From: Hemiscyllium ocellatum | Lineage: Eukaryota | Reading direction: 5' to 3' | Length of the DNA: 64,000 nucleotides | Assembly: GCF_020745735.1 (NCBI RefSeq) | Contig: NC_083408.1 | Coordinates: 81,622,484-81,686,483 of the forward strand | Shown here: positions 49,496-63,122 of the stretch, in pieces | Layout: each line of letters begins with the position of its first letter | Numbering within the stretch: position 1 is the stretch's first letter | The notes under the pieces: model-generated | What the model was told of the DNA's origin: nothing | The model's input: the letters and a program-made list of their open reading frames with translations, nothing else | Databases searched by the model: none | Program-made: the position numbers and the translations under genes

Positions 49496-50759
49496 TCAAA
49501 CTGCTATCTCTTGAAAGTGAGAGAGTGAATCTTCCATAACTTGTTCGAACTTCAAGTTCACCTGAATCCAACCTCTTGGGAATTGAACTGTTGGAAAACT
49601 CATAGCTTTCTCTGCTGTTATAAGGACTCCGCCACTCCAGCTAAAACATCTGCTCAACTGTGAAACTACAGCTCTGCTGTGAAAGAGATGGAAAATAATT
49701 TCAACTAGTTCGGTTTTTCTATTTGTTTCTAATCTTTGTGTGTGTGAGGTATTTGTACGAAACATTGCACTAATATCTCCAGATACGTGTGTGATAATAA
49801 ATAATCCTCTTTACTTTTATATTCAGAAAGCTCTCTGCTGAAAATCATTTAAACTGGGACACCAACTCTGACGATAAAAAAAACACATAGGCATCTCACA
49901 CGTCAAGATACTTTGATCATAAATAATAAAGTGTTTAAATTTAGTCCATGACATAAAACTTTATACACCAATTCAAATACTCACACTTAGTGACTCAGAT
50001 GAAAAGTGAGCAAGGGCAGAGCTGGTGTCAGAGAGTACTCCAAGCTCTGCTCACTGGACACAAATGTTGTAACTCAGACATCTTCACTGTACAGAAGCTG
50101 CTTGTGAGCAGTAGACTGGAGCTCCTGAGGATATGGGTTGCCTTGGCTCTCCTCTGGAGTCCAAAGCAGAACAGCATAAATGGCACTAATACTGATGTGA
50201 TAAATCAGAGCTCTAAAATGTAGATAAAGTGCATAAACCTTCAAAGTATAGATAACCTCTAAAGTGATAAACATAAATATTTAGCATGAGTAATGTGAAC
50301 AGTCTTTTACATAAGAAGGCAAGGAAACTGATGTCATGACCTTAATTGTTCTGATGTTCTCTCATTACTTCCACTTGTCACTGCCAGGAAGCTCTGGTCG
50401 GTTGTGAGCCCAGATTTAAATTGCACAAACCATATTAATATTGCTGTTATTAAGTAATTTGTGGCTTGAAAATGATTATTGCATCTCAAAATGGTGCCTA
50501 AGCAGCTGAATTTACTTGCGTTAGATGTAGCCAGCTTCCTAACCAACCGATATGTTTCAAACCCAGTTGCTTACCTGTGTTAAAATTGAGTTTAATGTCA
50601 TAGATCTTCACATTATCGACTTGTATTTATATAATGCTGTTATATGCATTTCATAGAAATTCATTGATTTTAGGCTTTTACTTTGGGTGGAATCTTATAG
50701 AGGCCTGACAACATGAACTATGGAAATGTGGAAAAAACAAAACAAAATGTGAACAAATT

Positions 50760-52900
50760 GCATGAACTTTAACTTCTCTTAATACTTGTATATATATCAG
50801 AGTGGAATAAGGAATCCTTCTTCACAATCTTAAGAGTGCCTACATGCTTACATCTACCACTTCATTAATTTCACTCCTAAGTAATTCCTCTAATTTCAAG
50901 ATTAAATCCTTTTGTTCTGGAGTCCTTCTTGGATGAAATATTTCTATGTATCTACTCTATCAAGTAATTCATTGTTTTAAAGAACTTCAACCCTCTGAAT
51001 AGGCTCAATGGAATGCAAGTCAAATTTAATTAATTTCGTCTCATGATTTAACCTGCTAAATCATGACATAATTCTTGCTAAAATGCCATGTTCTCAAAGT
51101 GAGTATATAGTTTTCTGGGATTTGATGCCCAAACATATATGCAATATAATGTTCTGGTTGGGGTATGGTCAATAATCACGGGAACTGAAGCCTATTTTTT
51201 GAACCCCAGTACCTTTAGTCCCTTTTCTGCGGACTTCAGTGAATTTTGTGTTTGGATATTTAAACCTTTTCACTCCTCTACATTTCCTTGACTTGCCTCA
51301 TTAATAAAATATTCCCATTTGCTTTTCTTGGATGCAAACTGAATGATCTCACTTCTCTCTCAAAACAAACTCAATTCAGCACAGTTTTGTCCAGTCGTGT
51401 GATGTCTGTGTTCCTTTGTAACTTGTTGCTACCATCGAAACAGTCTACAGTCCTTCTACAAAGCTGCATGCACAATAGTTTATTTCTTTATATTAATATG
51501 GCTGGTGAAACGGTAAAATCTCAACACAGGTCCCTGGTGTACATCATGTGCTACATCTGGATGACTCCTTTGAACCTTTCTGTCTTCTCTCAAACAATTA
51601 TCAACCCATGTCACAAGGCTAGCTTCAATCTCATGAGCTTTATATCAAGTGCCTTCTAGGCATCCATAGAGAGTGCAGCAGTAGAGCTGTCTTGAACCAT
51701 TGTGTTAGTGACTTCCTCAAAAAAATTCAATTAGATTAGTCATACATAATCTGTCCTTCACATCGTCTTGCAGTCAGGTTTTAACCAGCGGATACTTTAA
51801 CAGGCGCTCAGTTGCTCTAACTTTTTTTAATACATTCTAGTCCCTTTCCACAACTGATGTTCAGCTGACAGCTCTGCACTTATGGTCTCTCTACTCTTAA
51901 ATAATGGGCTGTGATTTGCAATTCTTCAAATTTTTACAATCCATGGGCATAGTCCTTTAATTTAGAGATCTTTGTGAAATGATGACTGATATATATATAA
52001 TTTACTCACTAGTAATATTCATGCATTGTGGAAATCACTAGGTCCTAACAATTTGTTCACCTTAAATCCATTAGCACTCGCTTGAGTTAGAAGGCCCTGT
52101 GTGTTCTGGCCAATTCAAGTCTGCATCCTGTCTGGGTTCTGCAGAGATGTATTTGACAGATTCTTAGCCAACTGCACTTACATCCCATCATTCAGTTCAG
52201 CTGGCCAATTCTAAGCCAAATGCTCTAAAAGCCATCTGGCTATAAATTGTTTCTCACAGTAGGTCAGATAATATTGCTTAAATTATAGTAGTGATATATC
52301 ATGTATTGTCACATATCTGAGTGGAACAATGGGCTTGATTTAATGCCCCTCTACCATCAGGTTTGAAGGAGGTTTTGATGGAACATGCAAAATTTCATGA
52401 ATGCTCTCCCCATTGCCCACCGCCCACATGTCTCAAATTTCACGAGGGGTGGGAATGGTGTTAGACAGTCCACTTGTCCTTGGAGCTACTGATGCTCTTA
52501 GTTAACTAATTAATAACCATTCAAAGGCCTCATTCTTATTGTCACTAGTGTTTTATCTGCAGCATTGGGAAACCCATGCCATGTGGAATGCCAGACTGTG
52601 CAGGGGGGTTTCCAGCAAGATTAGAGTAGTGCTGCAGTCATTTTCTCTATTACCATTTAAAAAAAGACACATCAAATCCTTTAAGATCTTCTGCTTGTTT
52701 TAATTGTAGGCTTCTATGCACCATTGATACTTTGTCCTCTAGCTTCAAAGTACCCATGCAAAAGTTTGCCATTTCCTTATTAACTACTGTGCTCTTCGTT
52801 CCATCAGTTTTAATGGACCAACATTCCACTTTATCATTCTACTAACATATTTCTCAATCATTTGCTCTTAGCTGACATCCCTTACAATTTTTATACCTCT
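50760..52900 (-). mobile_element. Ancient CR1 remnant
   Basis: TCAAGTGCCTTCTAGGCATCCATA, TTCCTCAAAAAAATTCAATTAGATTAGTC and TTTCCACAACTGATGTTCAGCTGACAG are decayed reverse complements of CR1 RT motifs. Confidence 0.6.
52067..52634 (-). repeat. Left arm of a recent 568-bp inverted duplication
   Basis: Near-perfect reverse complement of 53583-54150. Confidence 0.97.
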
Positions 52901-53439
52901 TGATTTTATACCTCTCATTTTGTTTTTGTATCATTTCACAATTTTTGTTATTGAGTAAAACTGACATTCTCTTTTGCATAGCTTAAAATGTCAAAAGCTT
53001 TAAAATACAATTTCTTGACCTTTTCTAGTTGAAAGTGTTCTTTCAGCAGCATTTAATTAACAATTGGCACCTGGATTTACAACAAACAGACTTTGTGTTC
53101 TCAAAGTTTCAAGTCATTATAAACATTGGTCAAGGTTGTGTGGGATACCATATTTCCCACTTCCCACCTCTCCATGACTAAAGAGCAGGGGAGCCCAATC
53201 ATGATTTCAGTGGCTGCCCCCATGGGAGCAGCACTGGGTCACCGGAGGCTCTCTAGTTCCATCATGTAAGCCCAGGATAGTGGATCCTGGTGAAGGGAAT
53301 GAGGGGCTATGTTAAATAGGCCAGGGTCGGGATGGAATGACCTGGACTAGAGGAGAAAGGCAGGAGAGAGATCGGGTATTCTTGACTACAACATGACCAG
53401 GGGGCTATCAAAAAGAGACTTCAACACCTTTGCTGGAAA

Positions 53440-53598
53440 TGAGACGAAAGTGAGGACCGCAGATGCAGGAGATTAGAGTCAAGATTAGAATGGTGCTGGA
53501 AATGTACAGCAGGTCAGGCAGCAGGAGCCCGTAACATTGATTTTCCTGCTCCTCGGATGCTGCCTGACCTGCTGTGCTTTTCCAGCACTACTCTAATC
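53440..53598. mobile_element. Short fold-back PLE family A insertion
   Basis: Inverted CAGCAGGTCAGGCAGCA / TGCTGCCTGACCTGCTG; TSD TTGC(T/C)GGAAA at 53430-53439 and 53599-53608. Confidence 0.8.
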
Positions 53599-54150
53599 TT
53601 GCCGGAAACCCGACTGCACAGTCTGGCATTCCACATTGCATGGGTTTCCCAATGCTGCAGATAAAACACTAGTGACAATAAGAATGAGGCCTTTAAATGG
53701 TTATTAATTAGTTAACTAAGAGCATCAGTAGCTCCAAGGACAAGTGGACTGTCTAACACCATTCTCACCCCTCGTGAAATTTGAGACATGTGGGCGGTGG
53801 GCAATGGGGAGAGCATTCATGAAATTTTGCATGTTCCATCAAAACCTCCTTCAAACCTGATGGTAGAGGGGCATTAAATCAAGCCCATTGTTCCACTCAG
53901 ATATGTGACAATACATGATATATCACTACTATAATTTAAGCAATATTATCTGACCTACTGTGAGAAACAATTTATAGCCAGATGGCTTTTAGAGCATTTG
54001 GCTTAGAATTGGCCAGCTGAACTGAATGATGGGATGTAAGTGCAGTTGGCTAAGAATCTGTCAAATACATCTCTGCAGAACCCAGACAGGATGCAGACTT
54101 GAATTGGCCAGAACACACAGGGCCTTCTAACTCAAGCGATTGCTAATGGA
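53583..54150 (+). repeat. Right arm (probable donor) of the 568-bp inverted duplication
   Basis: Continuous with the flanking PLE and its host repeat. Confidence 0.97.
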
Positions 54151-54157
54151 CACAAAT

Positions 54158-54440
54158 GATTAGATTACTTGCCGTGTGGAAACAGGCCCTTCGGCCCAAC
54201 AAGTCCACACTGACCCATCGAAGTGCAACCCACTCAGACCCATTCCCCTACATTTACCCCTTCACCTAACCCTACAGGCAATTTAGCATTGCCAATTCAC
54301 CTAACCTGCACATCTTTGGACTGTGGGAGGAAACCGGAGCACCCGGAGGAAACCTACGTAGACACTGGGAGAATGTGCAAACTCCACACAGACAGTCGCC
54401 TGAGTCGGGAATTGCTAACCACTGTGCCACCGTGCCACCC
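54158..54440 (-). mobile_element. HE1-type SINE
   Basis: GATTAGATTACTT...GTGTGGAAACAGGCCCTTCGGCCC ... CACTGTGCCACCGTGCCACCC. Confidence 0.92.
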
Positions 54441-54444
54441 ATAC

Positions 54445-55076
54445 AACCTTGCCCAATGTTTATATGATATCAATTCAGACAAAGGATACATTTGCATTTG
54501 AACCCTTTCCACGACAGAATGATACCTGACCTACACCATGAAAAGACGAAGGAATGCAAATCATCGAAGGCAGTAACATTACCGTCCAAATGGAACATTG
54601 GAAATATCTACAACGATTAAGGACTGCGCTCAAATTAGGGTGCAATAGAACTTTCTGGAAGTGTGCCAGAAAGGTATATAACTCCGGATTTGGCCTTGGA
54701 AAAGCAGCAGAACTCTACCAATAGCGGGGCTACACACAAGACAGAAGGAGAATCTACCTAGAGAGTTCGGCTGTGGTTCAAAATCCACTTCTGCAAGGAA
54801 AGCAGAGACGGAGAGATACTATTGAACTTTGTGAGCTTCACCAGCCTATCCCAAGATCAAGTATTCATGGGAAGGATATCTGGTGATCTTGGACAATACT
54901 GTGATTAAATGCTACCTGGCTTGCTTATTTTAAATATTTGTTCACTAAAGGTTGCAACTGTTTTACCAGGTATCTGACTTGTGTCTGTTTGTTGGCCTCG
55001 ATACTACAAGATACCTGAATAAACATGTTTAAGTGACATATTGTTTGAAGTGTTTGGACCTGTGCATTTTGCCACA
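54445..55076 (+). mobile_element. Possible solo LTR-like sequence
   Basis: GTATATAA near 54674, AATAAA near 55018, CA end; no TSD identified. Confidence 0.3.
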
Positions 55077-55664
55077 GACCCCAATGTGCAGCTTATTGAA
55101 ATGATTGCACATATTACTGCATCCCTCTGTAAAGATAGCACTTATCACCTGTTAAGTTTCTTTCTCATTGTACTGCAATCATACCTTTCTGCCATTTTTG
55201 AAATGTAAGTTTATTTTTAGTTGGTCTAACTCTTAGGTGACACAGTTCTCCTTTATGTTCCTTTGCTCAGATCTGTAAATATCAAGGCTGCCACTTGTTG
55301 CTATCTCTATCTCTGTCCCTCTCTCTTACCTGTCTCCTTTCTCTTCTGGAAATTCTCCACCTCTCCTGTGGGATCCTTTTATTCTGTCATTGTTATTTCT
55401 GCCCCCTTTATGTTTTCTATTGGCTGTGCATTGACACTGTTACCCTGATGCAGCTCAACAATGTTGTGGTAATAGCTGCATTCCAGTCATGCTCAGGGAG
55501 CAGTAGTTACCATTTGTTCACTTGTCGCTGGCTGGTCAGCATTTATTGTCCAAAATGGAATGGCTTTTCCATTTTCCAAATGGCTGTGGAACCTCTCTGA
55601 GCTCCTGGGACCATTTCCAAAAAACCCATACACAATCACTTATCTCTCACTGTTCCAGTAACCC

Positions 55665-55985
55665 CATGAGTAATAGTTTCCATATTTAAGGACAGAAGTA
55701 AATGCTTTGGAGATAGTTCAGAGGAGGTTTTATCTGGAATGAGCACATTAGCTGATGACAATAGGTTGGACAGACATGGCTTGTTCCCACTGGAGTTTAG
55801 AAGAATGAGGGGTGATTTGATGGATGTGTTTAAGATCCAGAATGATGTCTGATAAGAACTAAATGGCAGGATTTTAACATTATGATGAGATGAAGGGAAA
55901 TTTCTTTTCTCAAAAACTGGGGAGACTTTGGAACTATTTACCTTAAAAGGCAATGGAGGTGGGGGTCACTAAATATTACTAAGAT
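55665..55985 (+). mobile_element. CR1 3' fragment, degraded
   Basis: GTTCAGAGGAGGTTT...CTGGAGTTTAGAAGAATGAGGGGTGATTTGA. Confidence 0.75.
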
Positions 55986-56149
55986 CTCAATCTTACATTA
56001 TTTGGTTAATTTCAACTGGCGTTGGGTTTTTTGGAGGGCTTTACACTGCACACCATCATAGCTCTTCTCACCATATCTCACCAAACTGGTGTTAGTAACT
56101 ACCTACCTTTCCTCTACGGCAATCCTTGCGTTCAATTCAAAATCCATCT

Positions 56150-56620
56150 TTGCATGTACCATTCCCATAACAATCTGCCACTCATTTGACATCCGCCCAT
56201 GCCATCTTTAAAAGACTGCTCTGCACCCCAATGAGCACTGGCATTGTAGCAGCCCTGCTCAGTTTGGGACATTCGCACAAGCTGCAGGAGAAGTGGAGGA
56301 TGGCATCGCTTTTCGCTGGCAGGGAGTTTGAGGTCTTGTTCAAAGGGTGGTGCCAAGTACAGGAGACCTCCTTATGGACGATGGGGCATAAATGTGCATA
56401 ATGAACCTGGGGAAAATGCATTGGGATAGCTATGATTAGAAATGCCATAGGGCTGTGCCCTATACAGTGGATGGGTCTGTGCGTAACATTGTTTCATATT
56501 GTTAGGTCATGCATGCTCCTCCCTCACAAACTGAGTTATTTACCCCTCTGGCTTTGGGTGTGGTTGCAAACATTCTTATCATCGCGCACTTTTAATTTTC
56601 AGCAAGATGGAAAGTACTCA
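56150..56620 (-). pseudogene. Possible PIF/Harbinger (HARBI1-like) transposase remnant
   Basis: Across frames: FPQVHYAHL, LLQLVRMSQTEQGCYNAS and SLLKMAW occur in the same order as FPGS.HDA, LMTPVRNPQTEAE.RYN.SH and GLLK.RW; heavily decayed. Confidence 0.4.
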
Positions 56621-57529
56621 TTGACTAGTGGCTTGCAGCCTCCACCACTATGTGCCTGTGAAAGCCAAATGATCCAGGTACCCTTCCTTGTATCCCCTCC
56701 TCTCAGGTATCCACCTAACCTATACACATGGGCCTGCATGCTGCACATCCTAGCCGGAGCCTCTGGCGTATGAGATGACAAAGCCAAGGATGGTCACACA
56801 GTAAATGTGGGCACATGACTGCTGGTACCTGAGATGTTCTGTTTGGTTGAACACAGCATGGATGTCCGTCAAACCCAGCAGCAAGCTTAATTCAACAGGT
56901 ACCCTCTTTGATTTCCATGTCGAGTTTTAGCAAAGTCTAATTTGTTTATTGCACTTGGTAAGATAGAAAGCTGAATATTAATGAGGTAAGTTAGGCCATC
57001 AGCAACACATTTAAAAAGCTACTCCGTCACTATCTTGGTAACTTGGTGCTGCCTGGTGGGGAGCTTGCCACACCGCTTGGCAATACCATAAAAATGAAAT
57101 GAGATAATTCTGATGTCAAGGTCAGCCTACTACTATACGTCTGATTCTGTTACAAATCTCACCCGAGCCATGTCAACTAAACATTCAATAAGATTCCTCC
57201 CTAAGGAAGAGGTGGTTAGTTTCATGTTAGGTCATGGAATTAATGGTTATCGGATAGATATGGAATTCAAAACACAAACAGATCATTTTCTTATTGAATG
57301 GTGAATCATACATGTAGGATGGAATGGTCTAATTCTGCTTCTATATTTTATGTTCATTTCAGTGCAGCTTAGTATTTATACTCAAGTGCAATAACCAAGA
57401 TCTTTGGGGCTTTAATCTTATCTTTAGTTTTGAATGTGCAAGTTCAATTTTGACCCCACACAATGTGTAATGAACTAATTTCCTGGGTTGCTTGAAAACC
57501 CAGGAAATGCAAACAGATACATTGATGCA

Positions 57530-57990
57530 ATATAGAGTCATAGAGATGTACAGCATGGAAACAGACCTTTTGGTCCAACCCGTCCATGCTAACCAGATAT
57601 TCCAACCCAATCTAGTCCCACCTGCCAGCACCAGGCCCATATCCCTCCAAACCCGTCCTATTCATGTGCCCATCCAGATGCCTTTTAAATGTTGCAATTG
57701 TACCAGCCTCCACCACTTGCCCTGGCAACCCATTCCACATATGCACCACCGTGAAAAAGTTGCCCTTTAGATCTCTTTTAAATCTTGCCCCTCTTACCCT
57801 AAACCTATGCCCTCTAGTTCTGGACTCCCCACCCTAAGGAAAAGACCCTGTCTATTTACCTTATCCATGCTCCTCATGATTTTATAAACCTCTATTTTAT
57901 AAACATCCTGGTAAAGCTCCTCTATATCCGCTCCAGCACAACCACATCCTTCCTATAGTAAGGCAATCAGAACTACACACAGTATTCCAG
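57530..57990 (-). mobile_element. CR1 3' end
   Basis: ATAGAGTCATAGAGATGTACAGCATGGAAACAGACC, same as 25631. Confidence 0.92.
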
Positions 57991-58002
57991 CTAGTCCAAA
58001 GG

Positions 58003-58136
58003 TGTGGTGCTAGGAAAGCACAGCAGGCCAGACAGCGTCCAAGGAGCAGAAGAATCAATGCCCCAGACTCAAGCCCCCCAACAAGAATTCATCAGGATGA
58101 AGGGCTTATGCCTGAAATATCCTTGACTCTCCTGCT
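58003..58136. mobile_element. Decayed fold-back PLE family A piece
   Basis: GTGGTGCTAGGAAAGCACAGCAGG ... GATGAAGGGCTTATGCCTGAAATAT. Confidence 0.65.
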
Positions 58137-60984
58137 ATGATCCCTTAAGTTGCAGCAGTTGCTATTTTGTTGATATCTTAAAACTGTTTATCATTTAGGT
58201 AGAAAGCAAATTCTGATATTTTCAGACTTGGGCTGCATGCATCTTTCTCACCCCTTTCCCCAACGACGATGATTTGAATTGTCCAGACCATGCTCCAATT
58301 ACTGCTCCCTCCCTCAACCTATCTATCCCATTCCCTTTCTTTCCTTTTTTTAATGCCTTCTCTGACCAAGCATTGATCAAGGCTCCTCTTATCTTCCTCA
58401 TTGGCTTAGTAATGATGCAGTCTGATTATAGTTGTGTGAAGTGCCTTTAGATGATTGTTTGTTCTACAGTGTGAATAGGGCAGAAAAATGTATCTTGTTT
58501 CTAGTGTTGTGATCAATATATAAAAAAAATTGTTCCTGGTTTTATAGCATGAATATTTTCAATGCTTCTGAAAGGTAGCATTCTCCATTACGTTTACACT
58601 ATTACTTCAACATTTGCTACTTCAGCTTTGAGCCTCACTGATAAAGGATTCATCACAATGTGGACTGGGTCTGGTCTCTTAAATTTACCTTTCTACAAAT
58701 ACCAATAATTGCTGTCTTCCATCTTTCCCTCTAATAGACTTTTCCATGATCCATCAACTGTCAGGACATACCAATGATGAGCAAGCATCTTACTTGTGAT
58801 GGCAAAGCTTAATTGGCTTGTTTTTTTAGTTTACTCTAGGAGTCTGTTAATTATCTGCAGTAAGATCCATTAACCGTTGACTGATGAATTTCTCCCCAAA
58901 CTCTGATCAATCTCATTACTTGAACTGCAGTAGCAAGTTTCTTACTTACAGCAGGCACTTCATTTGTTGTTTAGTGGGATTTTGAGATTGAGTTATTTCA
59001 GGAATGAAGGAATGCTCATGAACTGGTTCTCAACTTCAGTGTTAAGGAAGTTTGGAAGTGACAGGGAGAGGGCTTAAGGAGGGCACAGTAGAGAAAGAAA
59101 GCCAATGGCTACCGTTATGTTGAAAAAGATTCACAAATGGGAACATTTTCAGCAGATAAGAGCAAGACCAATTATTGTTTTAAGCGGTTCAGCCAGATGG
59201 AGGTCAACAGTTATAGCAATTGTCATCATGTCCTTTCAAGTAAGCCTTCCTTAGAATTAAGGGAGTGGAGATGAGGGCCCTAGGGAATTAGCCAAGATGA
59301 AAAGGTACAGACAGGGAATTGAAGGGAAAGAAGAAGCTATGGAAGATGCATGAAACAAATTTGGTGCTGAAGTGTGGAGTGGAAGAGAAGTTGGATGAAG
59401 TAAACTTAAAAAACAATGCAATTCCCTTGACTTTCTCCCACTCCAAAGCAAGGTCTGACATCCTGATGATTCCTCTGTACATTATGTTCTGACACATGAA
59501 CAGAACTCCCTTCTTATGACTAAGTTGTAGTGTTTAAAAAGGTGCAGCTGGGAATGTTCACATTCTCAAAACAATCAAGGAAGCTTTCCTTCAAAGTTTA
59601 TAAAATTCCTAATAGGTTTAATGAAAAACTGAACAACTGTAAAAATGAAGAAAACTAAACTAGTAGGAACACTCATCAGTTTTGGGGAGTATCAGTGAAG
59701 AGAGGAACAGAATTTAGAGGCTGGATTTCCTACCCTCACTGGGGTTGGAATTGAAGACGAGTGGGAGATAAGAAATGGCTCTTGCTGATGAGGGTGTTGG
59801 CTCTCCAGTTCGCTCCCACCTCCAGGCAGTTGCACAATTACGAGCCAACATTTACTGTGGTATGTGAATGAGCTCATTCAAGAGATCCCTGAAATTCCGC
59901 TCGAAACAATAACCATATCAGACTTGAAATGTCTAATTCTCTCTCCATAGCTGCTACCAGATCTGCTGAGTTTATCTAGTATTTTCTTCTTTTATTCCAG
60001 GACTTTAGCATCCTCAGTACTTTACTTTCACTAGACTCTTCTTGTCAGTCTCTGTACAAGAACCACCACAGCTCGCCAGGATGAAGTGCTTTCTCTTCCC
60101 TAGTGTACCATAGTTAGGGTCATGCTGCAAAAGCACATCTTGGTTTAAGATTGAAGAATTATGAAAGAGAGGGCAACTCCATCTTGAAATGTCTCTCACT
60201 TACATTGCAACCTGTTGTTCCACATCACCTCGAAGGCCTCTAATTGGTCCTTCAACTTCAAGAGCACACATACCATCTTTACTTGGGCAGTGAACCTGTC
60301 TCCACATTAAACAAAGAACATCCCCTTGGAAATCACAGTGAGTGTTTCCCCTTGGGGATGAGTTCAAAGACTGGAAACTGTCCTGGTTACGGTTTCCCAC
60401 TCCCAGGGGAAACATCCTGTCTAATGTTTCAGGTCAATGACTTTTGTCATTTTAACCCTGGTGTGGATATCATGCTGATATTATAATCCATACCTTGTCA
60501 AACTTAATTCGCGTGTGGCAGCCCCTCTGAGCAACTCTCATAACATTCCATTTTGAAATAAATTTGCAGCTAACTTTGGAGTTATCTGGAAACTGCAATA
60601 AGTCAAAGACAAGCTTTAAAAGACTTTTGCCAATTATCTGTTGTCCACTGAAATGTACAAGTGAAATGATTACTGTGCAAGATCTCCTTTCTGTTCTGAT
60701 AAAGTGTTTTTCAGATTATTGTTTGGAATGCGATTGGCTTCCCCAAGAGTCACTTTTTCTGCTGAGCACAACTGATTTTCTGTCAAACAGATCCTTTAAT
60801 GCTCCCATTGCCAGCTTTGTGAAAAAAGTTTCCTGTCTTCATTTCAGGGAAGTCTGCAGTGTTTTAGTTTCTTAGCTTAACTGAATCATCTACTCTATGT
60901 AGGTTTCCAAAGTCATTCCACTGTTATCAATAACTATTACGTTGTGTTGATTGCTTTACCACCAAAGATTATTTTTATTTATGC

Positions 60985-62020
60985 ACTCATGGAACATGAG
61001 CATTGCTGGCTGGCCAATGAAGGCCCATGGGAGTGTGGTAGTGAGCTGCTTTCTTGAACCGCTGCAGTCCACTTACTGCAGGTTGACCCACAATGACATT
61101 ATTGAGGGAATTCCAGGATTTTGACCCAGCGACAGTGAAGGAATGGCAAGATATTTCCAAGTCAGGATGGTGAATGGCTTGGTGAGGAACTTGAATTTGG
61201 TAGAGTTCTCATGTATCCTACTGCCCTGTCTTTCTAAATGGAAGTGGTCATGCAGCACAATTTCTGGTAGACAGTACACATTGCTGCTACTGATAGTTGG
61301 TGCTGGATGCTTATGGATGTTGTGCCAATCAAGTGGGCTGCTTTGTCTTGGATGGTATCAAGCTTCTTGAGTGTTGTTGGTGTTGCACCCATTCTGGCAA
61401 GTGGGGGATATTCCATCACAATCCTGACTTGTAGATCAGGAGGTGATTTACTTGCTGCAGTGTTTCTGGCCTCTGAGCTGCTCTTGTTGTCACTATGTTT
61501 ATGGGCAATTGCAGCTAAGTTTCTGGCTAACTGTAACCTATAGAATGTTGATAGTGGGGGATTCAGTGATGGCAATTGAATGTTAACAGACAATGGCTAT
61601 ATTTTCTCTTGTTGAAGATGGTTAATACCTGGCATTTGTGTAGCATGAATGTTACTTACCAGTTGTCAGAACAAGGATAATGACCCGCATTGCTGCACTT
61701 GAGCATGGATTACTTCAGTATGTAAGGAACCATGGTTGGGGCTGAATATTGTCCAGACATTGGCGAATATCCCCACTTCTGACCTTGTGATGGAGGGAAG
61801 GTCAGTGATGAAGTAACTGAAGATGGTTGGCTAAGGATATTATTCTGAGGAATTCATGCAGAGGTGACTGACCTTCAATAATCACAACGATCTTCCTTTG
61901 TGCTAACTTGCTAACTCAAGTGTTTGGCAGAGAGTTTGCCCTTGATACCCATTGGTTCCTGTTTACTAAGGCTTCTTGATGTCACACTTAGTCGAATGTG
62001 GCCTTCATGTCAAGGATTGT
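60985..62020 (-). mobile_element. CR1/L2-group LINE 3' region
   Basis: QVRIVMEYPPLARMGATPTTLKKLDTIQDKAAHLIG, an RT C-terminal motif. Confidence 0.8.
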
Positions 62021-63054
62021 TGCTGTTCCTCTCTTTAGCATGATAAAATAGGACCTGCTTAACTATAGATCCATTAGCTTAATGTCAGTAATTATATGTG
62101 AAAGTATCAATGCAGATATTTATTTTGTTCCAAATAGCTCATCGGTGATTCATATGTTTTGGATCTAACTTCTGGTTTTGGAAATTAAAGTTATAAATGT
62201 GGAAACGTGGGGGTAACTGATTGAGAAACTGTTAAGCAAATCTGAAGTAAAGACAACTGAGTCAAGCTTCGAGTTAAATCCAGTTGAAAAGCTAACCTAT
62301 TTTTATCTTGCAAACTTAGAGTTAACAGTGAAGACAACTTAAACAATTGATGACCCATTTCTGGATCTACTGTTACAGCTGAATAATTATCATTTTCTCC
62401 AACAAAGAAGCTTCAACTCAAATTTTTGAGAACAAGGACCATAAACTCTTTTTAGATGTGGAGGTTAATCATAAGGTTTTCCAGAATAAAGGATAAAGTT
62501 AGTTGTGTGTGTGTGTGTGTCATTGCCATAGAGATGATGATTCAGCATGGAACCTTCATGTAAAGGTTCCATTATTTCATATATTCCTGTCCATTTATTG
62601 ACAGAAGCAGGCAGCTCAGTCTGTGTTTGGCAGCTGGAAGATTTGTTCTGGCTTGCAATTAGTGGAAGAAATCTATAGTGGTTTGTGCAGAGGCTGTGGC
62701 AGATACAGTCAGCAGTGTGAGCTGAGAAGACAGATGGAACAATCTCCATAGAATCTTTCCTTGGTGGAAATATTACAGAGGATTAAAGTCAATTCTGGGG
62801 GGGGGGTTTGGGTTGGTCCCAGGTGCAGTGAACCTGTTACAGTGGATTGGTTTGAATAAGGGTTGTAATCCCATAGACAGCATGTTATATAATATATTTA
62901 TTCTCTTGTCGCACAGCAGTAGTGTCCCTATCTTTGAACCAGTGAGCACAGGTTCAAGTCCCACCTGTTTCAGAAAAGTGTAATAACATTGCTGAACAGA
63001 TTAATTAGAAAATTTCTGTGAACTGAACTGAGTTGCAGGTGCATGCACAATTTA

Positions 63055-63122
63055 GATCAGAGTGGTGCTGGAAAAGCACAGCAAGTCAGGCAGCATCCGA
63101 GGAGCAGGAAAATCAACAATGT
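63055..63122 (-). mobile_element. PLE family A tail fragment
   Basis: GAGTGGTGCTGGAAAAGCACAGCAAGTCAGGCAGCATCCGAGGAGCAGGAAAATCAAC. Confidence 0.8.

Noticed and set aside
52067-54150. DNA transposon with long TIRs
   Set aside because: No TSD and no transposase; the arms are a mosaic beginning inside a PLE, and the spacer continues the flanking CR1
62500-62810. (GT)n and poly-G runs, and ORF 62465-62749
   Set aside because: Ordinary short simple repeats; the ORF has no recognisable similarity
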